From positions 1 to 37,456 of IMG/VR virus record IMGVR_UViG_3300033417_000032: 37,456 nt of DNA; one strand, written 5' to 3'. The DNA is from a virus. Taxonomy: Duplodnaviria; Caudoviricetes. Each line of letters starts with the position of its first letter. The first letter of the stretch is position 1. Position numbers and translations under genes: made by a program. The notes beneath the pieces are model-generated. The model did not search any database. It was not told the DNA's origin and worked only from the letters and a program-made list of their open reading frames with translations. Shown here piece by piece: positions 17,145 through 26,898 of the stretch.

Positions 17145-18704
17145 ATGCTTATAGAATTTCCAGAGTTTACTCCAGACCTGCCGGACATAAACAATCCGGG
17201 TATGATCCTTGCAAAGAACGTCATTCCGGCCGGAACGAGCTATAAGTCAGCTCCTAACCTTGAGACATATTCAACTTCTGCCCTAGAGGGAACGGTAAAA
17301 GGCGCGTTTTCTGCACGTGATCCAGAGACTGACACAGCATTTAACTTTGCTGGTACTTCTTCTAAACTTTATCTTCTTGGTGCAACAAGCGGAGGGGTAT
17401 GGGATGACGTATCAAAATCAGGTGGATACTCAGTCACAACCGATGAACAGTGGCAATTCGCTCAGTTTGGTGATGAAGTCATTGCTGTCGCTATTACAGT
17501 TGATACACAGAAATACGAGATGGGAGTAGACACATTATTTTCTGATTTAAAAACAGACGGCACTTCTGCACAAAATGCCCCAAAAGCTCGGACAGTCGCA
17601 GTTGTAAAAGATGATTTCCTTGTCGTTGGAAATACAAACGATGGCGTTGACGGTTATAAGCCGTACCGGGTAAGGTGGGCTGGAATAGGTACAAGTGATT
17701 CATGGGAAGTTAGTGCTGTCACTCAGGCAGATTATCAGGATTTAAACGCAAGCAATGGATGGATTCAAACAATTCTTGGCGGCCAATACGGTGTCATTTT
17801 TCAGGAACGTGCTATTGTACGCATGGACTATGTGGGTTCTCCTGTCATATTTCAATTTACAACAGTGGAAACAAATCAAGGAACTGAATTTCCTAAATCC
17901 GCAATACGTGTTGGCGACCTTTGTTTTTTTATCGGTCTTGATGGTTTCAGGGTATTTGACGGTAATCAATCTGTACAGATAGGTTCAAACAAAGTTGATA
18001 ATTTTTTCTTTGATGATTTGAACAAGGATTATGACTATCTTATAACCAGCGCTGTTGATCATCAAAGACAGGTTGTAATGTGGGCATATCCTTCCAGTGA
18101 ACTCGGGCTTGGCGCTGTAAATTCCAGAATCCTTTTTTATAATTACTCTCAAAATTCAAAAAGAAGATGGTCATACGCTGATTTGACTACAGAGGCTATA
18201 TTCACAGCAATCACTGAAGGTTACACTCTTGACGAGCTTGATCAATGGCAGATCGACCATAAAGACCCCGCATCAGGAACAGCAAGTGCTGTTAATTTAG
18301 ACCTGTTGAAATTCAGTCTTGATTCAAGAGTTTGGGTAGGACAGACAATTGAATTTGCTGCATTCAATTCATCACATCAACTAGCATTTGCTTCTGATTC
18401 TGACTTCCTTACAGCCGTTCTGGTTACGCCAGAGGTGCAGATTACTGAAGGACAAAGAACTGACCTAATGATGTTTAAGCCAATGATTCAGGGAAATTCG
18501 GCAGTAGTTACCGCTGAAATTGGAACAAGAAACCTTCAGAGCGAATCTGTCACTTGGGGTTCTTCAATTGCATTAGACTCAAACGGGCATATCAATTCTC
18601 GGTCTAATGCTAGATATCACCGTTTAAGGATCAGTGTCAGCGGGGGATTCACGCATGGTGTCGGTGTTGAATTGCTGGAATATCAGGCTGCGGGGTACAG
18701 ATAA
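17145..18704 (+). CDS. Tail tube/nozzle (packaged-DNA stabilisation, P22 gp10-like) protein
   Basis: About 520 aa, beta-propeller-like repeats (GFRVFDGNQSVQIG); position after the adaptor. Confidence 0.72.
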   Translation: MLIEFPEFTPDLPDINNPGMILAKNVIPAGTSYKSAPNLETYSTSALEGTVKGAFSARDPETDTAFNFAGTSSKLYLLGATSGGVWDDVSKSGGYSVTTDEQWQFAQFGDEVIAVAITVDTQKYEMGVDTLFSDLKTDGTSAQNAPKARTVAVVKDDFLVVGNTNDGVDGYKPYRVRWAGIGTSDSWEVSAVTQADYQDLNASNGWIQTILGGQYGVIFQERAIVRMDYVGSPVIFQFTTVETNQGTEFPKSAIRVGDLCFFIGLDGFRVFDGNQSVQIGSNKVDNFFFDDLNKDYDYLITSAVDHQRQVVMWAYPSSELGLGAVNSRILFYNYSQNSKRRWSYADLTTEAIFTAITEGYTLDELDQWQIDHKDPASGTASAVNLDLLKFSLDSRVWVGQTIEFAAFNSSHQLAFASDSDFLTAVLVTPEVQITEGQRTDLMMFKPMIQGNSAVVTAEIGTRNLQSESVTWGSSIALDSNGHINSRSNARYHRLRISVSGGFTHGVGVELLEYQAAGYR

Positions 18705-19063
18705 TGACAGCAAATAATGCAGCAATGTTTCCACAGATTCCAGAATATACCCCTGACCATCCAACGCTGTTGAGAAAGGTTATTTCTGTTGTGAATAACG
18801 CCCTGCACGGGAAAACAAACAACGTATATGACGCCACACTTACAGACGGAGCCACATCAACCGTCATCAATTTGCCAACGAATGAACTTGGACAGAACAC
18901 GATTGTCGTATTTTTTGCGACTTCTGCAACAGCGGCGGTCGAGTTGGCAAGCGGGAGCATGTGGGTATCTGCAAGAACAGTCACAGGAACCACGCCAAGT
19001 TTTACGATTACCCACAGCAACGTAGGCACTGGAAAAACTTTCAGATTCGCATTGATTGGATAA
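18704..19063 (+). CDS. Hypothetical virion protein
   Basis: TAATG coupling in the tail module. Confidence 0.6.
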   Translation: MTANNAAMFPQIPEYTPDHPTLLRKVISVVNNALHGKTNNVYDATLTDGATSTVINLPTNELGQNTIVVFFATSATAAVELASGSMWVSARTVTGTTPSFTITHSNVGTGKTFRFALIG

Positions 19064-19066
19064 TTT

Positions 19067-19537
19067 ATGACTGAAAAGACTGAATTTAATGAAAAATTGA
19101 GGCTATGCGGAATCAAGGCTGAAAACCTTGAAAAAGTATGGGATCACGTTGTTGAAGATATCCGGGAAACATTGGTTTACTCATACGACAAGTTTACAGT
19201 GCAGGATATATTCAATAGCCTGAAAAACATGGATATGCAGCTTTGGGTGATAGTGGATCAAAATAATACGATTCATGCGACAATAGTCACACAGATTGTT
19301 GATTATCCTTCCAAAAGGGTTATGTTATTTGTGATCATTTCAGGGAAAAATTTCGTAAAATGGAGCCACTTTTTGGGTCTTTTCACCAGATTTGCCAGAT
19401 CACACAATTGCCGCTCTATTGAAGCTTATGGCAGACCGGGATGGGAAAACAAAACAAAGAAATTGGGATTCAAAAAAATTCACACCCTTTACAGTTTAGA
19501 GTTAACTGAGGGCACCACTCATGAACGGAATATATGA
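19067..19537 (+). CDS. GNAT-fold-like phage protein
   Basis: FARSHNCRSIEAYGRPGW...LGF motif; position before the ejection genes. Confidence 0.6.
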   Translation: MTEKTEFNEKLRLCGIKAENLEKVWDHVVEDIRETLVYSYDKFTVQDIFNSLKNMDMQLWVIVDQNNTIHATIVTQIVDYPSKRVMLFVIISGKNFVKWSHFLGLFTRFARSHNCRSIEAYGRPGWENKTKKLGFKKIHTLYSLELTEGTTHERNI

Positions 19538-19901
19538 TCTCTTGATGAAAGCAATTGGCTCCTCTGGAATGGGTGGAGCAGAAGCGGGGGGTGCGGCTGG
19601 CGCTGCTCCGATGGGCGCAATGGAGAGGCTCAAGGCGCTCTTCGGCGGCGGCGCTCCAACACCCCCCGCACAGCCAGCATCTCAGGCACCGGGTAGCGCC
19701 GTCAAATCTGACGCTTTGAAAGATTATTTCGACAAAATGGAACAAAAGAATCGGACGCAGAGCGGGTTAGATTTTTACCAGAATCTAATGGGTACTAACC
19801 CTAACCAGCAGACACCGAAAGTGCCTGTATCCCCTGTTTATGTCGGCACACAGATGCCGAGATTCAATATGTGGCAACCGGGGATGCTCAATAACTTTTA
19901 A
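19521..19901 (+). CDS. Hypothetical Gly/Ala/Pro-rich (internal virion?) protein
   Basis: Low-complexity ORF in the ejection module. Confidence 0.5.
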   Translation: MNGIYDLLMKAIGSSGMGGAEAGGAAGAAPMGAMERLKALFGGGAPTPPAQPASQAPGSAVKSDALKDYFDKMEQKNRTQSGLDFYQNLMGTNPNQQTPKVPVSPVYVGTQMPRFNMWQPGMLNNF

Positions 19902-19914
19902 GGAGCGGGACAAG

Positions 19915-20652
19915 ATGAAAAAAATTTACACACGTTCAGTATTCAAATTTGATGAATCAACTGGGCAATATGCTCTGGATCATAACGAATCAGAATTTCA
20001 TCTTGTCGCTGATGATTACCCTGTTGCGCTCATGAAAGGTGGCGATCAGACCACGCAGGTCACCAAAACGGCCCCTTGGGAAGGCCAACAGCCTTATATC
20101 ACAAAAGGCTTTCAAGGGGCGCAGGACGCATTTTTAGGGGATTTGGGTAACGCCCCTGAAGGCGCTGCTAATGACATGCTGAATGCTACCCTGCGCGGCG
20201 ACTATTTGACCGGCGGCGAGGGGTTTAATAAGGCTCTGGACGCTGCAAAAAATAAGATCATACCTGAGGTACAGTCCGGATTTGCAAGCCGTGGACGGTC
20301 TGGATCAGGATTGGCAGGAACAGCAGAAGCCGGGGCAATCGGTGATTCATTCTCCAAATTGTACGAGCAGGAGCGCCAGAATCAGCTCAAGGCAGGGCAA
20401 TTGGCTCAGACCTCAATGAACCCTCGCCAGCGGGCGCTCATGGCTTACATGCAGACCATTGGCGGTAATTATGGCGGCACTACGACAACCTCTGAGCCGA
20501 ATAAGGGTTTAAGTGGATGGGCGAGATACTTGGCTGGGGCTGGCGGAGGTGCTTTATCTGGTGCATCTATTGGATCTGCCGTACCCGGGATAGGTACTGG
20601 AATTGGCGCCGGTGTTGGCGGTCTTTTGGGATTATTGGGTGCCTATCAATAA
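19915..20652 (+). CDS. DNA ejection/pilot protein (P22 gp7-like)
   Basis: AAGGAG RBS; leader ending PVALMKGG, then TTQVTKTAPW and a C-terminal glycine zipper. Confidence 0.65.
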   Translation: MKKIYTRSVFKFDESTGQYALDHNESEFHLVADDYPVALMKGGDQTTQVTKTAPWEGQQPYITKGFQGAQDAFLGDLGNAPEGAANDMLNATLRGDYLTGGEGFNKALDAAKNKIIPEVQSGFASRGRSGSGLAGTAEAGAIGDSFSKLYEQERQNQLKAGQLAQTSMNPRQRALMAYMQTIGGNYGGTTTTSEPNKGLSGWARYLAGAGGGALSGASIGSAVPGIGTGIGAGVGGLLGLLGAYQ

Positions 20653-20664
20653 AGAGGGAATACC

Positions 20665-22011
20665 ATGCCATACGGTCTTTTGAACAATATGGTTAATGCC
20701 TTGAAGGGCGTCGACCTGAGCAAAATACTATCACCTGAGATTCTGAAATCTCTTGACCAGAATCCAGTGCAGCCCGTGGTGCCAGAGCAAATGGCACAAC
20801 AGCCAGCCGCCATGCCAGTAAATAACCCTTCCCCGATGCCTCCAGAAAATGCCATGCTACCAGAGCAGCAACAGCCAGCGGCGCAACCTGCACCTCAGCC
20901 TTCTGGCAATGGGTTCATGGATTTCATAGGAAGCCCGACTGGCAAGGGATTGCTCTATGGGGCTGGCCAAGGTCTGTTGGCGAAGATGATGGATCGCCGG
21001 AACCCTATTGTTCCAACCGCTCTTGCAGCGGCAGAGCAGTTTAAGAAGCAAGAGGCCATGAAAGACATGGCCAGCAAATTCCAGAATGCCAATCTCACCC
21101 CTGAGCAAAAATCATTTGTAATGGCAGCATTCCAGAGCGGTGATCCAAAAATGATCGAAACCGCTGCGGGCTTTCTAAAAGATGAAAAACCTGTAAGCGT
21201 AGGCGCACAAGGCACGCTGGTAGACCCGAAAACAGGGCGTGTGATCTACCACAACCCAAATGCCGATGTCCGTCAGGGTTTATCAGCAGATCGCCTCACA
21301 ATGCAGAAATGGACGTCACAGCCGGTAGACTGGCGGGCGAACTGGCTTGGTTATACGAATGCTCTTGGCATTGACCAGAACAAGGCAGTTGACGCCTTCC
21401 TTGCGGGTAAGACCTTGAAACAGTTAGGCCGTGAGCAGGGTTTAAGCGCTGAAGATCTCAGGCACCTGAACCCCGGGCAGCCGCCGACAAAATCTGTGCT
21501 GACGACTATTCAAACGTCCATTGGCGCTGGTAAAGCATCTGACGTGCTGAACAAATTTGTTTCAAATGCTGGCGCAAAGTATTCCTCAAACATCAAAGGA
21601 TGGAGTGGGCAGCTCATTTCTGATGCCGCATCAAATGATCCATCAAAAATTGAAGACGTTGCGCAATTTTTAGCGTCAAAACGGTTAAAAATCGAAGATG
21701 CCGCCGAATCATTTAAACGATTGGGGGGTTCTGTTAGTGAATCTGCCATTGCAAATATGACCTCAAAAGACCCGCTTGGCGGCTTAAAGATTCCGGGCTT
21801 TGTGTTGAAGCCAGAGCATATCCGCCGTTCAAATGAGATAATCAGGCAAATATCTGAACAAGCAGGAAAGGCATACCGTGAGGCGGTGTTTAACTCTGGA
21901 AGCCCGCTGACTGGCGGTCAGGAAAAAACAGGGTTTGTGGAAGGTAAGGAATATAAAGATGCTCAAGGCAATAAAGCGATATTCCGCAATGGACAATGGG
22001 AGCCTTCATAA
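20665..22011 (+). CDS. DNA ejection/transfer protein (gp20-like position)
   Basis: Q/A/P-rich helical protein; C-terminal YKDAQGNKAIFRNGQW motif. Confidence 0.6.
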   Translation: MPYGLLNNMVNALKGVDLSKILSPEILKSLDQNPVQPVVPEQMAQQPAAMPVNNPSPMPPENAMLPEQQQPAAQPAPQPSGNGFMDFIGSPTGKGLLYGAGQGLLAKMMDRRNPIVPTALAAAEQFKKQEAMKDMASKFQNANLTPEQKSFVMAAFQSGDPKMIETAAGFLKDEKPVSVGAQGTLVDPKTGRVIYHNPNADVRQGLSADRLTMQKWTSQPVDWRANWLGYTNALGIDQNKAVDAFLAGKTLKQLGREQGLSAEDLRHLNPGQPPTKSVLTTIQTSIGAGKASDVLNKFVSNAGAKYSSNIKGWSGQLISDAASNDPSKIEDVAQFLASKRLKIEDAAESFKRLGGSVSESAIANMTSKDPLGGLKIPGFVLKPEHIRRSNEIIRQISEQAGKAYREAVFNSGSPLTGGQEKTGFVEGKEYKDAQGNKAIFRNGQWEPS

Positions 22012-24173
22012 TGGCATTTGACCCCTCGACGGCGGTACCGATAAACCAGGCAGGCGGATTTGACCCGGCTTCGGCTGTGCCGGTCGAATTGCCTGAAATG
22101 CCAAAACAGCCAGAACTGTCAAAAAAAGAACAGGCAATCAAATTCATGCGTGAGCGGTCGCGCAATGAATCGCGGTTCACGCTTAATTTAATGAAAAACA
22201 TTCTGGCTGGCATGGAGCGTGGCGGCCAGAACATTGCTGGCGCACTGACAGGCGGCTATGCGCCGAAAGTCGATCCCAATGAAGTGCTCGGGATCAAGCC
22301 GGAGGATCAATCTGGATTTGGGAATCTGGTTCAGTCGACCGCTCAATATGCCCCGCTGATTGCGGCTGGCCCTCTCGGATTATTGGGTGACATTGCGGCT
22401 GGTTCGGCGTACTCAGCCACGCAGACGCCAGAATCTCCCGGTGTTGGAGCGTTGACAGGCGGAGGCTCTGGTCTGCTCAGTTGGGCTTTGGATAAGGCTT
22501 CTGTGAACCCTATCGCAAGGGCGGCCATTCGTTCGATAGTTGGCGCCGGAACGGGTTATGAGGTCGGCGGGAAAGAAGGGGCAATTGCGGGGGCAGGAAC
22601 TGGTTTTCTGGCACCGAGCATTGCACGTAGGCTTGGAATAAGCAGCAAAACACCCGGACAGAATATATTGGAAATGATTACCCCCGGAGAACGAAAGCAA
22701 ACAATTGAAAAAGCCAGAGAAGCTCTGACATTGGGCAGACCATTAACTCCGGGAGAAGCAACAGGCAGAAGCGATATATCGGCGGCTGAAACCCGTTTAG
22801 GTGCATATTCTCCACAGGTCAATGCTGAACGGATTGCTCTTGATAAAACCAGAAAATCTCAGGAAGCTGGTGCAATTAAGAAATTCAAAGATCAGGTATC
22901 AACTCCTACACAGAACCCTGAATCTGAAATCAGGACTGCATCACAGGAAGCTATTGGCTACCTTAAAGAAAAAAGACAGGGTGCCGCGGATCCATTTTAT
23001 AAACAATCTGAGAACCTTGAAATACCACAGAAAGATCTGGACACGCTTCTTGAGCATCCTGCCATTAAGAACGAACTGAATTCTGTTCTTGCTGATCCGA
23101 TTTATTTCCATGAACTCAGCGGAACAAGGCCGACAGGGGCGAAGATGGCAGCGGCCACAGAGTATCAGATTGAACAGATGCTAAACCGTGAAAAGTCTAA
23201 GCCATACAATAAAAACAATGTAGAGGAAATCCAGTACGCACTGGATAACTTCAGAAAGAAGCCGGAAGATTCACGTGTTCAGGCTGTGCTTAATGATGTT
23301 TATAAAAATGATCCTGTGCTTTATTCAGCAGCTCATGGTATTAATCCAAGAACCGTCAAGGTATTGGACATTGTAAAGAAAAGAATTGGCAGGAAAGCAG
23401 AAGAACTCAGCAAAAGTCAGGAAGGTCAGGACAGGTATAAAGGGAAACTGGTCGGTAATGCTGAGAAAATGATTACTGATGCAGTTGACAGCAATGTGCC
23501 TTCATATAATCAGGCTCGAAAAGAATTTGCTAAATTATCACCTGACGTAGAAACGGCAGAGAATTCTTCATTGAACGTATTGGCAAACCTTAAAGATACT
23601 CAATTGCCAAAAGCAAGTGGAATAATATTCAATCCAGCACAAACTAACAAAACTGTTTTCCAATACATTAAATCTCATATTATGAGGCAGAACCCAAATA
23701 CATGGGATGGGATAGTGAGGAGGCAGATAGATAAACTAACAAGAAAAGGAAAAACAAGCGGGGCGAATTTTTATAAAGAAGTAATGGATAACGAAAGCCA
23801 ATTTCAGCAGTTTGATATGGCATTAAATCATAATCCAAAGGCACAACAGACTTTGAGAACAATGAAAAAGACATGGGAAGATTTGATCAACTATAAAGAT
23901 TCATCAAAGGCTGGTGCTGTTAAAGCAAAGACATCAATGGACAGTCGCCGTGATGCAATGATGAGCTTTCTTGACGCTGTTTCTGAGCAATTGGGTCACA
24001 AAGAATATACTGAAGCCTTGCATTATCTGAACAGTGAAAGATGGATTGCTGATCTTGAAAATATAAAGACCACGAAAAATGTCAAATCAAAAGTCTATCA
24101 GGCAGCCTCTATGCTTTCGAAAATAGCTCCACCTGCGGTTTTATCGTCCTACTTAAACTCAGACAGTAAATAA
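22011..24173 (+). CDS. Large DNA ejection/transfer protein (gp16-like position)
   Basis: FDPSTAVP/FDPASAVP N-terminal repeats, glycine zippers and a long helical region; TAATG coupling. Confidence 0.65.
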   Translation: MAFDPSTAVPINQAGGFDPASAVPVELPEMPKQPELSKKEQAIKFMRERSRNESRFTLNLMKNILAGMERGGQNIAGALTGGYAPKVDPNEVLGIKPEDQSGFGNLVQSTAQYAPLIAAGPLGLLGDIAAGSAYSATQTPESPGVGALTGGGSGLLSWALDKASVNPIARAAIRSIVGAGTGYEVGGKEGAIAGAGTGFLAPSIARRLGISSKTPGQNILEMITPGERKQTIEKAREALTLGRPLTPGEATGRSDISAAETRLGAYSPQVNAERIALDKTRKSQEAGAIKKFKDQVSTPTQNPESEIRTASQEAIGYLKEKRQGAADPFYKQSENLEIPQKDLDTLLEHPAIKNELNSVLADPIYFHELSGTRPTGAKMAAATEYQIEQMLNREKSKPYNKNNVEEIQYALDNFRKKPEDSRVQAVLNDVYKNDPVLYSAAHGINPRTVKVLDIVKKRIGRKAEELSKSQEGQDRYKGKLVGNAEKMITDAVDSNVPSYNQARKEFAKLSPDVETAENSSLNVLANLKDTQLPKASGIIFNPAQTNKTVFQYIKSHIMRQNPNTWDGIVRRQIDKLTRKGKTSGANFYKEVMDNESQFQQFDMALNHNPKAQQTLRTMKKTWEDLINYKDSSKAGAVKAKTSMDSRRDAMMSFLDAVSEQLGHKEYTEALHYLNSERWIADLENIKTTKNVKSKVYQAASMLSKIAPPAVLSSYLNSDSK

Positions 24174-24183
24174 AGGATTAAAC

Positions 24184-25698
24184 ATGTCAACTTTAGACAG
24201 CAGAATACGCCAGTGGTCTACTACACCTGCAAGCAATGGAACGTCTCCCAATATTGTGCCTTACGGATGGCCAGAAGGTATGGCCCCGTCTGAAGTAAAC
24301 GATACAGCACGCCAGCAAATGACAGACCACAGATACCAATGGGAAGATGCAGAATGGTTCGCTTGGGGCGATACAGTATCTAAGGCTTCTGCAACGACAT
24401 TCAAGATCGCTACTGACGTCACATCAAGATATCTTGCTGACAGGCGCATCAAGATTTTTGATACCGCTACAGCCTATGCCACTATTCTTTCATCATCATA
24501 CAGCGCCCCTGACACCACAATCAGCCTTCAATTTGATAACAGTGAGGAATCCTTAGGGGCTTCTTTTACGGCTGTAGCATTGGCAATTTTGACCCCGCTG
24601 AATCCTTCAATACCTAGAAATTTTATGGGCAGCTCAAGCGCAGCAAATAATATTATTATCGGCGGTAATTTTGATACTAACCCTTGGCAAAGAGGCACAT
24701 CATTTACGAGTGTTGCAAATGGAACGAAATCAGCAGACAGATTTGTACATAATCAATCTGGTGGTGGTGTTGTAAGTTATTTAAAAACAGCAGACGCACC
24801 TACTACAGCACAAGCTGGATTTTCAAGCTCTAACTGTTTGCATGTGGATGTAACAACGGCAGATGGATCAATAGGTGCAGCAGAATACTATTTCGTTGAA
24901 TATGCTGTTGAAGGTTACGATATTGCAATGGCTGGATTTGGTGCGGCTTCACCTCTATATATAACATTGTCATTTTGGCATAAACACACAAAAACTGGCG
25001 TTTATACTGTTGCATTCCAGAATAGCGCAACAGATAGAAGTTACATTGTTGAATATACGCAGGACGTAGCAGATACATGGGAAAAGGCCAATTTAACAAT
25101 TCAGGCTGACACAACAGGAACTTGGCTTAAAACTAATGGTGCTGGTCTTTATATATTTTTTACTATGGCCATGGGCGCAAATTACCTGACAACTGCTAAT
25201 ACTTGGACGGCAGGTAATTTTATCTCGACTAGCAATCAAGTAAACAATATGGATAGCACTTCAAATAACTTCAAACTTGCATTGGTCAAACTCGAAATTG
25301 GCCAGATAGCTTCTGCATATCCTGTTGAACACTTTGACGATGTTTACAAAAAATGTTTGCGGTATTATCAAAAAACATTTCCGCTTGCTACAGCTCCAGC
25401 ACAGGCAACCGCTGTTTATGAAGGTTCATTGCATTTTAAAACACAGACAACTAACGGTGCATTAGGGGCAATGTGGCAATTACCAGTACCTTTAAGAATA
25501 TCAACAGCTACCCCTGTCTTTTATAGCCCTATATCTGCTAATGCAACATGGTATAACACTAGGACTGCCGGAGACTCTGGTACGGCTTCAGCTACATATA
25601 CCAGTGATAAAAATGTACATGTCGCAAATCCAGGTGTCGGCGCAGATACAACAGGTGATAACTTTTACGTTCATGCAAGTATTGACGCTGAAATTTAA
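24184..25698 (+). CDS. Tail fibre/spike (receptor-binding) protein
   Basis: WSTTPASN...WPEGMAPSEVND head-binding-like N-terminus; NIIIGGNFDTNPWQRGTSF...CLRYYQK carbohydrate-binding-like module common in fibres. Confidence 0.78.
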   Translation: MSTLDSRIRQWSTTPASNGTSPNIVPYGWPEGMAPSEVNDTARQQMTDHRYQWEDAEWFAWGDTVSKASATTFKIATDVTSRYLADRRIKIFDTATAYATILSSSYSAPDTTISLQFDNSEESLGASFTAVALAILTPLNPSIPRNFMGSSSAANNIIIGGNFDTNPWQRGTSFTSVANGTKSADRFVHNQSGGGVVSYLKTADAPTTAQAGFSSSNCLHVDVTTADGSIGAAEYYFVEYAVEGYDIAMAGFGAASPLYITLSFWHKHTKTGVYTVAFQNSATDRSYIVEYTQDVADTWEKANLTIQADTTGTWLKTNGAGLYIFFTMAMGANYLTTANTWTAGNFISTSNQVNNMDSTSNNFKLALVKLEIGQIASAYPVEHFDDVYKKCLRYYQKTFPLATAPAQATAVYEGSLHFKTQTTNGALGAMWQLPVPLRISTATPVFYSPISANATWYNTRTAGDSGTASATYTSDKNVHVANPGVGADTTGDNFYVHASIDAEI

Positions 25699-25708
25699 GG
25701 AATAAATC

Positions 25709-25960
25709 ATGTCAGAACTTAGTACGAAAAAGAGAAATAAACTTCCAAAGTCAGATTTTGGTATGCCCGGAGAAAGGAAATATCCTATGCCAGACAAATC
25801 ACATGCAGCAAATGCAAAAGGAAGGGCGCAGCAGCAGTACAATAAAGGGAATCTTTCTGCTACTTCTTTGAAAAAGATAGATTCCAAAGCAAATGGAACC
25901 CTTAAAGAAGGTGCTGTAAAAAAGAAACCATTTAAAAAACTTGGACTGTTGAATCGTTAG
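25709..25960 (+). CDS. Small basic conserved phage protein (DUF6582-like)
   Basis: LSTKKRNKLPKSDFGMPGERKYPMPDKSHAANAKGRA motif; AAGGA RBS. Confidence 0.7.
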   Translation: MSELSTKKRNKLPKSDFGMPGERKYPMPDKSHAANAKGRAQQQYNKGNLSATSLKKIDSKANGTLKEGAVKKKPFKKLGLLNR

Positions 25961-26172
25961 ATTAAAGATTTGCATAAATCTTTAAATACTTTATTGACAT
26001 TTCCTATTTTACAGAACTGGAAAGGGGAGAGATTACCGTATCGTGGATTTTTATTCATATACCACGCATAGGCTTTCTCCCTGCTTCCAAAAACGTATAC
26101 TGCTTTTTCAACAACGTCTGAAAAACCAATAACTTTATGTGTTGAGTACTGTCTTTTTAAAACGGCGTTCAC
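25957..26172 (-). CDS. Xre/MbcA/ParS antitoxin C-terminal (DUF2384-like) domain protein
   Basis: VFGSREKAYAWYMNKNPRYGNLSP...V..DL matches the toxin-binding domain pattern vFG..e.a..W...n...g...P. Confidence 0.65.
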   Translation of the reverse strand: MNAVLKRQYSTHKVIGFSDVVEKAVYVFGSREKAYAWYMNKNPRYGNLSPFQFCKIGNVNKVFKDLCKSLI

Positions 26173-26181
26173 GTATCACCT

Positions 26182-26703
26182 CTATTCATTTTCAGCAATA
26201 AATCTGAGTCTTGCATTGATAATGTCAGAATTCATTGGGTATAGATTATTTCTTTCCACAGAAACATTCAGGTAGTTCATATCTTCATAATGCGAGTCTT
26301 TAACAGCCATATCATGTAGATGACCGTGTACGTTCAAAAATGCCCGTGATCCAAGATTTGATGGGTGAACAGGGATATGCGTAAGAATGCAGTTTTTCCA
26401 GTATAAAGCCCCGAAAATCTTTTTGAAATACTGTAAATATTCAGAAACCGGGTAGCAATCGTGATTTCCCATTATGAGGCGTTTATTGCCGTTTAGACGC
26501 CCTGCAATGTCTATATTCTTTTTACCGAAGCAGAAGTCACCTAGGTGATAAACAGTGTCTTTTGGCGCTACGCAATAATTCCAGTTACTGATCAATGCTT
26601 CGTTCATTTCCTCCACTGAATCAAAAGGCCGATCTGCTTTTTGATAAACGAGGATATTTTTATGTCCGAAATGAGTGTCAGAAGTAAACCATATTTCATT
26701 CAT
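26182..26703 (-). CDS. Calcineurin-like metallophosphoesterase
   Basis: SDTHFGH, HLGDF, GNHD, LTHIP and HGHLH motifs. Confidence 0.92.
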   Translation of the reverse strand: MNEIWFTSDTHFGHKNILVYQKADRPFDSVEEMNEALISNWNYCVAPKDTVYHLGDFCFGKKNIDIAGRLNGNKRLIMGNHDCYPVSEYLQYFKKIFGALYWKNCILTHIPVHPSNLGSRAFLNVHGHLHDMAVKDSHYEDMNYLNVSVERNNLYPMNSDIINARLRFIAENE

Positions 26704-26898
26704 ATATTTTATCTTTTGTATATATTATTTGTTGAATTGTTTTATTTCGCTTAGGTAAAAACCCTGATTAAATTCTTTATGGAGTACTGGTAAACCCTTA
26801 GATTATAGTATTTCTTTTGAATTTGTAACGCATAAAGTCATCCGTTTGGTGATTAAATGGCATTGGAAACTTTATTATTCGTTAATGGAGTAACTACT

